A stretch of DNA of 64,000 nucleotides from an uncultured beta proteobacterium (GCA_963735025.1 CAVTJG010000009.1:2052499-2116498), one strand, 5' to 3'; shown: positions 8,786 through 18,597, counted from the first letter of the stretch. Translations and numbers: made by a program. Notes: a model not told the origin generated them from the sequence alone.

Positions 8786-9884
8786 CCTTCGCCTCGTCGA
8801 TCTCGATCCCGAGGCCGGGGCCCTGCGGGACCGGAACGGTCTGGCCCTCCATCGGGATGGGGCGCGCGAGATAGTTCTCGGCGATGAATTGCGGGCCGTT
8901 CAGATCGACCGGCAGATCGATGCCGTATGCGGCGAAAAGGTGCACGGAAGCAGCGAATCCGATCGGTGCATCCATGAGACCGCTGCCGACGAGCTTGATC
9001 CCGGCATTCAGCGCGAGATCGCACATCTGGCGCGCGTAGTGGATGCCCCCGGTCTTGTTGATCTTGATCGCCATCCCTTCGATGGCTTCGCGCCGGATGA
9101 GCTCGATGACGAACGGAATCCCGATCGCCGCTTCGTCGAGGGCGATGGTGATCGGCGTAGCCGTTATCAGTCGTTTCATCGCGTAGATGTCGTGCATCGC
9201 AACCGGCTGTTCGAACAGCGTGATGCCGAGTGGCTCCACACGCCGGCAGAAGCGCAGCGCCTGCTCGAGGGTATATCCCTGGTTGGCGTCCGGCCATACG
9301 AAACCACCGTCTGCCGCTTCGATCACTGCCTTAACGAGCTCTGCGTCGTGATCGGGCTCGTGCCCGACCTTGACCTTGAATCCGCGATACCCCGCCGCAT
9401 GGGCTTCCCGCGCGATGCGCGCCGCCTCGTCCGGGTTTGCAGCCGACACCAGGCGCGCAAGGGAGATGCGGTCGAGCCGCTTGGCGCCGAGATAGCTCTG
9501 GAGGTTGATGCCCATCTTCCGGCAAACCAGATCGTGCACGGCGACATCGATCGCGTTCTTCGCGATCGGCTGCCCGGGATCCAGACCGGGGGCGATTTCC
9601 TGGTTCATTTTCCGGTGTAGGCCGGCGATGTCATGGGGATCGTGCCCGATCACGCACGGAGCGAGGTAGTCGCGCAGCGTCGTGACGCAGCTCTCGAGCG
9701 TCTCGGCCGACCACTTGCGGCTTGGGCCGCTCTCGCCCCAGCCGACGGTCCCGTCGTCCGCCGTGACCTTGACCAGCGCGACGCGCTTGCCCTCTTCGAG
9801 CGTGCGCGTGGCACCTTTCGGCAAGGTCAGCACGGCCTTCAGGGGCATGCGAACGGGAAATACCTCGATCCGCTCGATTTTCAT
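8760..9884 (-). CDS. Enolase-superfamily enzyme (muconate-lactonizing enzyme/dipeptide epimerase subgroup)
   Basis: GWGE, FKVK, DANQGY, EQP, LDE, KINKTGG motifs; ATG 9884 overlaps the tctA stop. Confidence 0.88.
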   Translation of the reverse strand: MKIERIEVFPVRMPLKAVLTLPKGATRTLEEGKRVALVKVTADDGTVGWGESGPSRKWSAETLESCVTTLRDYLAPCVIGHDPHDIAGLHRKMNQEIAPGLDPGQPIAKNAIDVAVHDLVCRKMGINLQSYLGAKRLDRISLARLVSAANPDEAARIAREAHAAGYRGFKVKVGHEPDHDAELVKAVIEAADGGFVWPDANQGYTLEQALRFCRRVEPLGITLFEQPVAMHDIYAMKRLITATPITIALDEAAIGIPFVIELIRREAIEGMAIKINKTGGIHYARQMCDLALNAGIKLVGSGLMDAPIGFAASVHLFAAYGIDLPVDLNGPQFIAENYLARPIPMEGQTVPVPQGPGLGIEIDEAKVSAWRLPM

Positions 9885-11377
9885 CCTGGTTCTCCTGGTC
9901 GACTCCGCCACTCGCGCCAACCCGTCCACACGAGCGTGAGCGCGCCGAGTGTCAGAAACACTGCCGAAATCGGATGCGTGAAGAAGATCGTGACATCCCC
10001 CCGCCCGACGATGAGGCTCTGGCGCAGGCCGACTTCGACCAGTGGCCCGAGTATGAATCCGATGAGCAGCGGCGCGACCGGAAAGCCGAACTTGTTCATG
10101 GCGTATCCGAGGATACCGAAACCGAGCATCACGCCGACGTCGAAGAGATTGTTCGTGGCGACGTAGACGCCGGTGAGGCTCAGCACCACGACGGTGGGAA
10201 ACAGGATCGTATTCGGGACCTTGATCGCCTGGATGAACAGCGACAGGCCGATGCGCCCGACGATCAGGTGCAGGAAGGTCGCGGTCAGCATCAGCACGAA
10301 AAATGCCGTGACGAAGTCGCTGTGGTCCCGGAACAGCGCCGGCCCGGGGATCAGGCCGTGCACCATGAATGCGCCGAGCATGATCGCAGTGATGACGTCT
10401 CCGGGGATCCCGAGCGTGAGCATCGGGATGAAGGTCGACCCGGTGACGGCATTGTTGCCCGTTTCCGCTGCGGCGACGCCCTCGATCGCTCCCTTGCCGA
10501 ACCGCTCGGGATGCTTCGACAGCGCGCGTGCAATTCCGTAGTTGAGGTAGGCCGAGATGGCGGAGCCGAGCCCCGGCACTGCGCCGATGAAGACGCCGAT
10601 AGGTGCCGAACGAAGTATGGCGGGCGCCGCGGCACGCCAGTCATCGCGCGAGAGGCGGTGGGCGGGATCGCGCAGCGCGACGCGCCCGGCTGCGATCGGG
10701 GCGAACACGCGTTTCTCGACCATCGCCATGGCCTCGGCAATCGCGAATATCCCGATCACCAGTGCGATGAACGACCAGCCCGCGGCGATCTCGTTGACTC
10801 CGAAGGTGAGGCGCGCGTCGCCGGTGAGCGGATCGAGCCCGAACGTCGAAAGAAAGACGCCGAACGCTCCGGCCGCGAGACCCTTGACCATGTTTCCTTC
10901 CGAAAGTACCGCGATGAGCGTGAGCGAAAAAAGCCCGAGCGCGAAATTCTCCACGGGCCCGAACTTGAGGGCGAACATCGCGACCGGCACGGCGAGGCCG
11001 ATCAGCACGATATCGCTCACGAGCTCGCCCGCAATCGATGCGTAGAGCGACATGCGTAGCGCTTTGCCGGCATGGCCTTGCCGCGTAAGCTGACTCCCGT
11101 CCGCGGCTGTCGCCGCCGCCGCCGGAGTCCCCGGCACGTTGATCAGGACGGCCGAGATCGACCCGCCGTAGGTGCCGCCCTTGTAGATGCCGACCAGCAA
11201 GGCGATCCCGCCGATCGGGTCCAGCTTGAACGTGATCGGCAATGCGATCGCGACCGCCAGCGGAACGTTGAGGCCCGGAACCGCGCCGATGAGTATCCCG
11301 ATCACCAGCCCGAGCGTGATCATCGCCAGGTTCTGGACGGCGAGAACCTGGCCCGCCGCTGCAAGCAGTTCCTGCAT
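9881..11377 (-). CDS. tctA: Tripartite tricarboxylate transporter large permease TctA
   Basis: GAVPGL, GTYGGSISAVLINVPGTP, AETGNNA, LTLGIPGD; about 500 aa, hydrophobic. Confidence 0.93.
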   Translation of the reverse strand: MQELLAAAGQVLAVQNLAMITLGLVIGILIGAVPGLNVPLAVAIALPITFKLDPIGGIALLVGIYKGGTYGGSISAVLINVPGTPAAAATAADGSQLTRQGHAGKALRMSLYASIAGELVSDIVLIGLAVPVAMFALKFGPVENFALGLFSLTLIAVLSEGNMVKGLAAGAFGVFLSTFGLDPLTGDARLTFGVNEIAAGWSFIALVIGIFAIAEAMAMVEKRVFAPIAAGRVALRDPAHRLSRDDWRAAAPAILRSAPIGVFIGAVPGLGSAISAYLNYGIARALSKHPERFGKGAIEGVAAAETGNNAVTGSTFIPMLTLGIPGDVITAIMLGAFMVHGLIPGPALFRDHSDFVTAFFVLMLTATFLHLIVGRIGLSLFIQAIKVPNTILFPTVVVLSLTGVYVATNNLFDVGVMLGFGILGYAMNKFGFPVAPLLIGFILGPLVEVGLRQSLIVGRGDVTIFFTHPISAVFLTLGALTLVWTGWREWRSRPGEPG

Positions 11378-11383
11378 GCACCG

Positions 11384-11878
11384 TCAGCCGAAGAGCGATG
11401 CCGATGGCAGCGGAATGATCATGAACTTCTCGAAGAAGAGCATGAGCGCAAGCGGAACGAGCAACATCAACAGGGCCACCGAAATCGGCCGGCGGTTGCC
11501 GAACAGCAGCGCAATCCCGCCGATATAGGCCATGGTGCACGCCAGATAACCCAGTACCGGGAGGAGCCAGATATAAGCCGCGGTGCCAGCGACCAGCAAG
11601 AGGACCCGAATTTTCCCGCCAGAGTCGGTGCGTGCAGACTCATCGGACGTCAGCGGCGCTGCGCGGTACCGTGTGCGCCATGCTGCCGCGAGCAGGACGG
11701 CGCCAAGCCCGGCAAGGAAGGCGGCGAGTGCCGTGGGAAGAGTCGTTGCCGACACGAACTCCGTTACCCCTTCGGCCGGCGCGCGGAGGAGATGCGCGAG
11801 AAAGAAGAGGCCGCCGGCGATCAGCGCGAGCCCTGCCCAGCCGTCGCGCGGAATGCTGCGAAGCAGACGCCGAGCCAT
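11384..11878 (-). CDS. tctB: TctB family small membrane subunit
   Basis: About 4 TM helices, ends in F..F..PLP; lies between tctC and tctA. Confidence 0.82.
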   Translation of the reverse strand: MARRLLRSIPRDGWAGLALIAGGLFFLAHLLRAPAEGVTEFVSATTLPTALAAFLAGLGAVLLAAAWRTRYRAAPLTSDESARTDSGGKIRVLLLVAGTAAYIWLLPVLGYLACTMAYIGGIALLFGNRRPISVALLMLLVPLALMLFFEKFMIIPLPSASLFG

Positions 11879-11919
11879 GCGGCGTCAATGTGACCGAAGT
11901 GAGATTTGGGCGAGTCGCG

Positions 11920-12870
11920 TCACTTCTTCTGCAGCACCGGCGCGTACGCCTCCCAGTCGCGCGCCCACACTTTCCCGAACCCTTCTCCGTCGAGATACGT
12001 GACGTTCGAGCCGGCCTTCATCGCCTTGTCCTGAAATGCAGGCTCCATGACGACCTTCGCCATCGACTGACGCAGGCGTTTGACTGCCGCATCGGGTGTT
12101 CCCTTGGCCACCGCCAACCCGGTGAATGGATTGCCGAACACCGCAAATCCCTGCTCCTTGGCGGTCGGGACGTCGGGCGCGGCGGGGTCGCGTTCCTCGT
12201 TGAATACGGCGAGCGCCCGCATCGTCCCGGCCTTGAGATGCGAGTTCATGGACGAGAGGCTCTCGGGGACCATGTTGAGATGCCCGCCGAGCGTTCCGGT
12301 CACGCCGGGCGCGCCACCTTGCTGGGGAACGAACGTGAGTTGCACGCCGGCCAGCTTCGTCCATTGGTCCAGGGTCAGGAACGGCAGGACGTTCGGGACC
12401 GCACCGAACGTGTACTTGCCCGGATTCGCCTTGGCGTCCTTCTGCAGGTCCGCCAGATTCTTCCACGGCGCGTCCGCCTTGACGCCGAGCGCCAGCGTGC
12501 GCGAGGAGACTTGCCCGATCGGCACGAAATCCGCCGACTTGTAGCCCACGTTCTTCGCGAGCGGCGTGAGGATCTGGTTGCCGCTCGTCGTGACGAGCAC
12601 GGTATAACCGTCTTTCGGCGCGTCGAGCACGGCCTTCGTGCCAAGCGAGCCACCGGCGCCCACCCGATTCACGACCGCGACCGGTTTGCCGAGATCGGTG
12701 GACATGGCATCGGCGAGCAACCGGCCGATGATGTCGGTCGTGCCGCCGGCCGGCCAGGGAACGACGAAAGTGATGGGCTTCTCGGGATAGTCTGCCGCGA
12801 GGCTCGCAAGCGGTGCGCTCGCGAGCAGCGCCAAGGCTGCGGTGGTACCCAGAAAGATGCGGCGTTTCAT
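11920..12870 (-). CDS. tctC: TctC/Bug periplasmic substrate-binding protein
   Basis: YPEKPITFVVPWPAGGTTD, NRVGAGG, PDVPTAKEQG; N-terminal export signal. Confidence 0.93.
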   Translation of the reverse strand: MKRRIFLGTTAALALLASAPLASLAADYPEKPITFVVPWPAGGTTDIIGRLLADAMSTDLGKPVAVVNRVGAGGSLGTKAVLDAPKDGYTVLVTTSGNQILTPLAKNVGYKSADFVPIGQVSSRTLALGVKADAPWKNLADLQKDAKANPGKYTFGAVPNVLPFLTLDQWTKLAGVQLTFVPQQGGAPGVTGTLGGHLNMVPESLSSMNSHLKAGTMRALAVFNEERDPAAPDVPTAKEQGFAVFGNPFTGLAVAKGTPDAAVKRLRQSMAKVVMEPAFQDKAMKAGSNVTYLDGEGFGKVWARDWEAYAPVLQKK

Positions 12871-12951
12871 GACTTCCTCCTCCCGCTGAATTTGAACTCC
12901 ATCCCCGAAGACATTGACAATGTTTTGCCAATCAACGGAATGACGCGGCCG

Positions 12952-13003
12952 ATAAGTAACCAGATGGTTACTTATTCTGGCCGGCGTGGGCGGACCTTGT
13001 CAA
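12952..13003 (-). promoter_or_regulatory. Putative sigma70 promoter for tctC with a perfect palindromic operator
   Basis: Minus-strand TTGACA (13003-12998), N18, CAGAAT (12979-12974). Perfect inverted repeat ATAAGTAACC-agat-GGTTACTTAT at 12952-12975 covers the expected start site. Confidence 0.6.
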
Positions 13004-13041
13004 GCGAGCGGCCGCGCGGCCAGTCACCCCGATGCGGCCGA

Positions 13042-14538
13042 TCACGCCGCGTCGAGGAATACCGGGCTGGTCCACGCGATGTGACCGTTCAGCTGACGCG
13101 CGCGAAGGTATGCGTGACTCGGTGCGTCGGCCGGCACGTCGAGTGTGACACGATCCTCGACGCGCGACGCGGCGCGCGGCACCAGTCGATGCCACATGCA
13201 GCTCTCTTTCGGAAACGGCCCCGTGGGGCAATGCATCGATCCGATGGCGAGTTCCCCGACCGTGGTGGCGAAGCGGCATTCCGTGGGGCGCCGTATCCGC
13301 AGGTCGAACCGTGTCCCGGCATCCCCGGCCACCTCGAGTATGACGCTCTGGTTGGGGTTCTGCCGGTAGGCGCCCTTGCGCGACGAGTACGACACGACTT
13401 GCAGGATTTGTTCGTCCGTCTGCCGGAACCGGTGGCGCCGATTCTCATCGAACGGTCCGGACTGCAGGCACGGAAAGTGACGCAGCAGGCGTCCGCCCGA
13501 CACCACGACCTCGAATTCCCAGTCGGCGATGCGCTCGAGCGCGAGGTCGCCCCAGGGGCCCCACCCCCACTCAAGGCGGAGTTGAAACGGGTCGCCCGTG
13601 CGCTCGCTGGACGTGGTCTCGGCGCGCGGAAACGTTCGGTGGACGACCCGACCGTCCTGAATGACTTCGACCACGTCGAGCTCGTCGCGGCCCTCGATCG
13701 AATACGTCATTTCTGCCGTGCGGCCACACTGAATGCTCGCGCCCATCGGGTGGCCCTCCACCGTGAGATCCACGGCGATGCGGTCTCCAGTCAGCGCGTA
13801 GGTGCGTCGCGCGTTGATTGCCGCGAGGATCGACGCGCGATCGAGGTCCGTGCACAGGGCCGCCATGAGGCCCTCTCCATAGGCGCCCGGAAAGCCGCTG
13901 TGGCTGTCGGTCGACGCGACGAAACCGAACTGCAGCCCGCGTGCGAGCGCCGCGCGCACCGTGTTCGCCGTCACGCGTCCGCCCATGGAGTGATTGAAGA
14001 ACGGAAATGGACCGCGGTCATCCTCCGAATTGCCGTGCTCGGAGAAGATCTCGACGACCGGCGTGCACTCGGGATCGAAGACTTCCCAGTTCACGCCACG
14101 CATCCCGGTGGGGTAGGCTAGATGATGCGGAATCATGAGCGCGCGCTTCGCTCCGCAGAACCGGCGCAGTTCCTGCACGGTGTCTGCGAAGCACAGCGGC
14201 TGGTGGTCATCGGGAAACACCACGCACTGATCGCCGAACCGGCTCGAGTGCCACTCGAAACCGAGAAACGCCGCGAACTCACTGTCGCGGTTCGCGTCCG
14301 CGATGAGCCGCTGAACGGCCGGCCAGCCGGCCTTCAGGCGCTCGAATCCTCTGCTCCAGTGCGCTTCGCGCCCTCCCTCCATGGGCACCATGTCGTGCCA
14401 GCTCGAATGGCCGGTGAATGCAAAGAAATCGAGATGAGTGCGTGCCACATCGATGCTGCGCTCGAGCGATCCCACGCCGTAACCCAGGGCATTGTGATTG
14501 TGAATGTCGCCGAACAATATCCGGTAGCCGCCCGGCAT
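13042..14538 (-). CDS. PHP-fold metallohydrolase (DUF3604 / CehA-McbA-like)
   Basis: GDIHNHN, FTGHS, GFEW, IPHH, EIFSEHG, ASTDSH, C-terminal AWTSPVF; ATG 14538 with AGGAG upstream. Confidence 0.7.
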   Translation of the reverse strand: MPGGYRILFGDIHNHNALGYGVGSLERSIDVARTHLDFFAFTGHSSWHDMVPMEGGREAHWSRGFERLKAGWPAVQRLIADANRDSEFAAFLGFEWHSSRFGDQCVVFPDDHQPLCFADTVQELRRFCGAKRALMIPHHLAYPTGMRGVNWEVFDPECTPVVEIFSEHGNSEDDRGPFPFFNHSMGGRVTANTVRAALARGLQFGFVASTDSHSGFPGAYGEGLMAALCTDLDRASILAAINARRTYALTGDRIAVDLTVEGHPMGASIQCGRTAEMTYSIEGRDELDVVEVIQDGRVVHRTFPRAETTSSERTGDPFQLRLEWGWGPWGDLALERIADWEFEVVVSGGRLLRHFPCLQSGPFDENRRHRFRQTDEQILQVVSYSSRKGAYRQNPNQSVILEVAGDAGTRFDLRIRRPTECRFATTVGELAIGSMHCPTGPFPKESCMWHRLVPRAASRVEDRVTLDVPADAPSHAYLRARQLNGHIAWTSPVFLDAA

Positions 14539-14846
14539 CCCTGGTCTCCTGATCACCGCACAATCGATCACACGGCCCGCAAGCCGCGATCGGCAATGCC
14601 GGGATGGTAATCGAAGCGGTAGCTGGTTTTCACGCTACGAGGGGGCCGGGCCCCTCGTGCACCCCGATCGCGGGTTAGTCACCGGCCGGGCCGGCGACTT
14701 TCTCTCTAGAGCAGCGCTGCGCATGGCCGCGCGCTGGTGGTATCTTCGCCGTTCGGAACCGGGCTTCGCCCCACACGGCGCATGCGTTCGTTGCATCGAT
14801 CTGGCGCACCACGCGCTCGGCCCCCATTTACCAGGAGAATCCGCCG

Positions 14847-16415
14847 ATGAAGCTCGCGAACTACGTTTCCGGAAAATGGATCGAGGGGAAGGGGGACGGC
14901 GTTGCGCTGATCGATCCCGTCACCGGCGAGGAACTTGCCCGGGCGACGAGCGACGGGATCGACCTCGCCGGCGCGCTCGACTACGCGCGCACCAAGGCCG
15001 GCCCCGCCCTGCGTGCCATGTCCTACGCCGAACGCGGTGGACTCCTGCGCGCGATCGCCGACGCGCTCACGGCCAAGCGCGACGAATACTTCGACATCGC
15101 TCTGCGCAATTCGGGCAACACGAAGATCGACGCCGCGATCGACATAGACGGGGGGATCGGTACCCTCAAGTACTACGCAAGCGTTGCAAAGGGTCTCGGC
15201 GCAGCCCGGTGCCTGCGCGATCCGGGCTACGAGCGGCTCGGGAAGGACGAGGCGTTCCAGGCGATGCATCTGTGGGTGCCCCTGCACGGTGTCGGCGTTC
15301 ACATCAACGCATTCAACTTCCCGTCCTGGGGAATGTGGGAGAAGGCTGCGGTCGCAATCCTCGCCGGCGTCCCGACATTCGTGAAGCCGGCGACGTCGAC
15401 CTGTCTGCTCACGCAGCGCATGGTCAAGGACGTGATCGACGCCGCGGCGTTGCCGGACGGCGCGCTTTCGGTGATCTGCGGAGGGGGTCGCGCGCTCGCC
15501 GATCTCGTCACCGGCCAGGACGCGGTGGCATTCACCGGCTCCGCGGACACGGCCCGCCAGTTGCGCGCGAATGCGAACGTGATCGCGCGGTCCACGCGCG
15601 TCAATATCGAGGCGGACAGCCTCAATCTCAGCCTGCTCGGTCCGGACGCCAAGCCGGGCACGGCGGAGTTCGACCTTTTCGTGAAGGAGGTGGCGCGCGA
15701 GATGACGGTGAAAGCGGGGCAGAAATGCACTGCGATCCGGCGTGCGCTCGTGCCGGCCGCAATCGCGGACGCCGTGACCGAAGCGCTCTCCGCGCGGCTC
15801 GCCAAGGTCGTGACCGGCAATCCGCGCAACGAGTCGGTGCGCATGGGGCCGCTCGTCAACAAGGCGCAGCAGAAGGCGGCTCTCGAGGGCATTCAGCAGC
15901 TTGCCGCCGAAGCGGGCATCGTGGTCGGTGACGCAAAAGGATTTTTGCCCGTCGACGCCGACCCAGCCGCGGCGGCGTTCGTCCCGCCGACGCTGCTGCG
16001 CGCCAAGTCACCGCTGGATGGGAAGGCGATTCACGAGGTAGAGGTTTTCGGGCCGGTCTGCACGGTGATGCCGTACCGGAACGCGGACGAAGCCTATGCG
16101 CTTGCCGCGCGTGGCGGTGGATCGCTCGCCGCATCGGTGTTCACGGGCGATGACGCGTTCGCCACCGCTGCCGCGCTTGGCATCGCGTCCATGCACGGGC
16201 GCATCCTGGTGATCGACGCCAGTGTCGCAGAGGCCAACACGGGACACGGCATCGTGATGCCGATGTGCGTGCATGGCGGACCCGGGCGTGCCGGCGGCGG
16301 CGAAGAGCTTGGCGGCAAGCGCGGCCTGCGCTTCTACCACCAGCGCGTCGCCGTGCAGGCGAGTACCGCGCGCCTGGATCTGCTCGCTGCCGGCGCGGCA
16401 GAGGCCACGCTCTAG
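14847..16415 (+). CDS. Aldehyde dehydrogenase, 3,4-dehydroadipyl-CoA semialdehyde dehydrogenase (BoxD)/PaaN-like
   Basis: HINAFNFP, FTGSADT, IEADSLN, GQKCTAIRR, HGGPGRAGGGEELGG; no C-terminal MaoC domain. Confidence 0.85.
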   Translation: MKLANYVSGKWIEGKGDGVALIDPVTGEELARATSDGIDLAGALDYARTKAGPALRAMSYAERGGLLRAIADALTAKRDEYFDIALRNSGNTKIDAAIDIDGGIGTLKYYASVAKGLGAARCLRDPGYERLGKDEAFQAMHLWVPLHGVGVHINAFNFPSWGMWEKAAVAILAGVPTFVKPATSTCLLTQRMVKDVIDAAALPDGALSVICGGGRALADLVTGQDAVAFTGSADTARQLRANANVIARSTRVNIEADSLNLSLLGPDAKPGTAEFDLFVKEVAREMTVKAGQKCTAIRRALVPAAIADAVTEALSARLAKVVTGNPRNESVRMGPLVNKAQQKAALEGIQQLAAEAGIVVGDAKGFLPVDADPAAAAFVPPTLLRAKSPLDGKAIHEVEVFGPVCTVMPYRNADEAYALAARGGGSLAASVFTGDDAFATAAALGIASMHGRILVIDASVAEANTGHGIVMPMCVHGGPGRAGGGEELGGKRGLRFYHQRVAVQASTARLDLLAAGAAEATL

Positions 16416-16697
16416 TTCTAAGGTGAGTCTGCGTCGGGGGCATTGGATCTCTCGCGTCGATCGGCGTCGATAGCGGGGCGAGCCGGCGCGTGTCGGGCGC
16501 ATCGTGCCGCAAATCGCGTCCTCGAGCGGGTATCCGGCTCGCCCCGTCGCGGCGCCGGCCGGGCATGGCCGCTGACTCGTCGGATTCTTTGACCGCCGAG
16601 AGTCGTGCCTCACTCCATCCTTGATCGTCCCCGCGCGACCGCGGACAATACGGGCCTTTTGCGCGCGGTCCGTCCGGATCGCCGGACGGAGGACACG

Positions 16698-17309
16698 TTG
16701 CAGATTGCCTGCCTCGATCTCGAGGGCGTGCTGATCCCGGAGATCTGGATCGAGTTTTCCCGGCGCACCGGGATCGCGGAACTGTCCAGAACCACGCGGG
16801 ACGAACCCGACTACGACAAGCTGATGCGCGGGCGGCTCGCGATCCTCGAGGCACATCACCTCGGGCTGCCCGACATCCAGGACGTCATCACCGGCATGGG
16901 GCCGCTGGCGGGCGCGCGCGAATTCCTCGACTGGCTGCGGCACCGCTACCAGGTCGTGATCCTTTCGGATACGTACTACGAGTTCGCCGCGCCACTGATG
17001 CGCCAGCTTGGCCATCCAACCCTGCTTTGCCACCAGCTCGAGGTCGAACCGGGTGGCAAGGTGAGCGGCTTCCGCATCCGGATGCCGGACCACAAGCGTG
17101 AGACGGTGCGCGCATTGCGCGCGCTCAATTTCAGGACCATTGCGGCGGGGGATTCGTACAACGATACGGCGATGCTGGCCGCGGCGGACGCGGGGATCCT
17201 GTTCCATCCTCCGCAGAACGTGATCGACGAGTTCCCGCAGTTTCCCGTCGCCTACACGTATGACGAGCTGAAGACCGCGTTTGTCGAGGCGGGGGCGCGC
17301 ATCGGCTGA
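16698..17309 (+). CDS. thrH: Phosphoserine phosphatase/homoserine phosphotransferase
   Basis: TTG start after GGAGG; [34 protein letters not shown]. Confidence 0.92.
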   Translation: MQIACLDLEGVLIPEIWIEFSRRTGIAELSRTTRDEPDYDKLMRGRLAILEAHHLGLPDIQDVITGMGPLAGAREFLDWLRHRYQVVILSDTYYEFAAPLMRQLGHPTLLCHQLEVEPGGKVSGFRIRMPDHKRETVRALRALNFRTIAAGDSYNDTAMLAAADAGILFHPPQNVIDEFPQFPVAYTYDELKTAFVEAGARIG

Positions 17310-17336
17310 CGCGCGTGGATCCCGCACGCGCGAGCG

Positions 17337-18248
17337 TCAGACGCGGAACAGCGCGCGCTTGTCGCGGCGAAATGTAATGGGCTGCGCCTCGGCGTCGGAG
17401 AGCGATCGGCCGAGACTGATGCGGCCTGAGCCGTAGAGTGCGGTTTCGCCCCGCAGCACGTGCACTTCGCCGGGCGAACCGTCGAACGCGACGAAAGTGC
17501 CGTTCGCGCTGTGGTCGATCAGCCGGAAATTCAGGTTCTCGAACTCGATCGTCGCATGGTTGCGCGAAGCGAGGTGATCGACCACCGACAGATCGCTGGA
17601 TGGATCGCGTCCGAGCTGGATGCGCGCACGGGTGGGGTCCACGCGTACCGGGTCGTCACCGAGCGAGACCAGCAGGGCTCCTTCGTCCGGGGGCAGCTCG
17701 CGCCGCCCCAGGTTGAGATCGGTGATCCCGGCGCGGTCGGTCTGCCAGATGACCTCGTAGATGGTCGACTCTCGCTCGTCACCTTTCAGCTTGGTGCTGT
17801 AGATGGCGCGCGCGCAGCTCGCAGTGGAAGGCGAAAGCTGGCTGACGACCGCGTGGGTGGTCAGGATCTGCTCCGAGCGCGCCGTTGCAGCCAGGTATGC
17901 CGCGACGTTGACGATCGTACCGTAGACGTCGGTGCCCTCGAGGATCACCGATCCGTAGTTGAGACCGCTGTGCAGACTGATCTGGTGGCCGCCGAGCGGT
18001 TGGGAGGCGATTTCGGCGTGCAGCGCGCTCATTGCGAGCACTGCTTTTTCGGGGTCGGGGAAGATGCACATCACGCCATCCCCGAGCGTCTTGACCAGGC
18101 GGCCCTCGAAACGCGGGAGCAGCGCGATCACCCGGCTGCAGTACGCCTGGGTCAGCTCCCGGGCAGCTGCGTCGCCGAGCTCACGGTAGATGGCCGTGCT
18201 CGACGCAATGTCGGCAAAGGCCACCGCGTAATCTCGCGTTTCTCGCAC
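17337..18248 (-). CDS. Class III adenylate/guanylate cyclase with C-terminal FHA domain
   Basis: FADIASST, KTLGDGVM, DVYGTIVN; FHA motifs GR, SRNHA, DHSANGTFV. Confidence 0.85.
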   Translation of the reverse strand: MRETRDYAVAFADIASSTAIYRELGDAAARELTQAYCSRVIALLPRFEGRLVKTLGDGVMCIFPDPEKAVLAMSALHAEIASQPLGGHQISLHSGLNYGSVILEGTDVYGTIVNVAAYLAATARSEQILTTHAVVSQLSPSTASCARAIYSTKLKGDERESTIYEVIWQTDRAGITDLNLGRRELPPDEGALLVSLGDDPVRVDPTRARIQLGRDPSSDLSVVDHLASRNHATIEFENLNFRLIDHSANGTFVAFDGSPGEVHVLRGETALYGSGRISLGRSLSDAEAQPITFRRDKRALFRV

Positions 18249-18423
18249 TCCAAAGACTCCTCTCCTCTGCTGCCCCCGCGATGTTACCGGGAGAAGACCC
18301 TATCGCGTCAGGGACTATCCCACGCAGAACCCGTGGCCCGTTGCGGGTCTCGAAATCCGCAACGAGCACGAGCATGCAACGCGCGCGAGCGGCGCGGTGC
18401 AGGCCGCGTGCCCACACCGCGGC

Positions 18424-18452
18424 TTGACTTCCGTGCCACAAGCGAGTAGAAG
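18424..18452 (+). promoter_or_regulatory. Putative sigma70 promoter of the cold-shock gene (implies a ~140-nt 5'UTR)
   Basis: TTGACT-N17-TAGAAG; long 5'UTRs are typical of csp genes. Confidence 0.5.
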
Positions 18453-18597
18453 CCAGCTTTGCGTTTTATTTCAAGTCCTTGTCGCATTGGTCCGACGCCC
18501 TCCGGGGCCCGTGCCGGGCGCGGCCTTGAGCGAGGCGCGGGGCCGGGTTCGGACCGGTTTTTGATTCACGGATTCATGTATTGCGAGAGCGAAAAAG

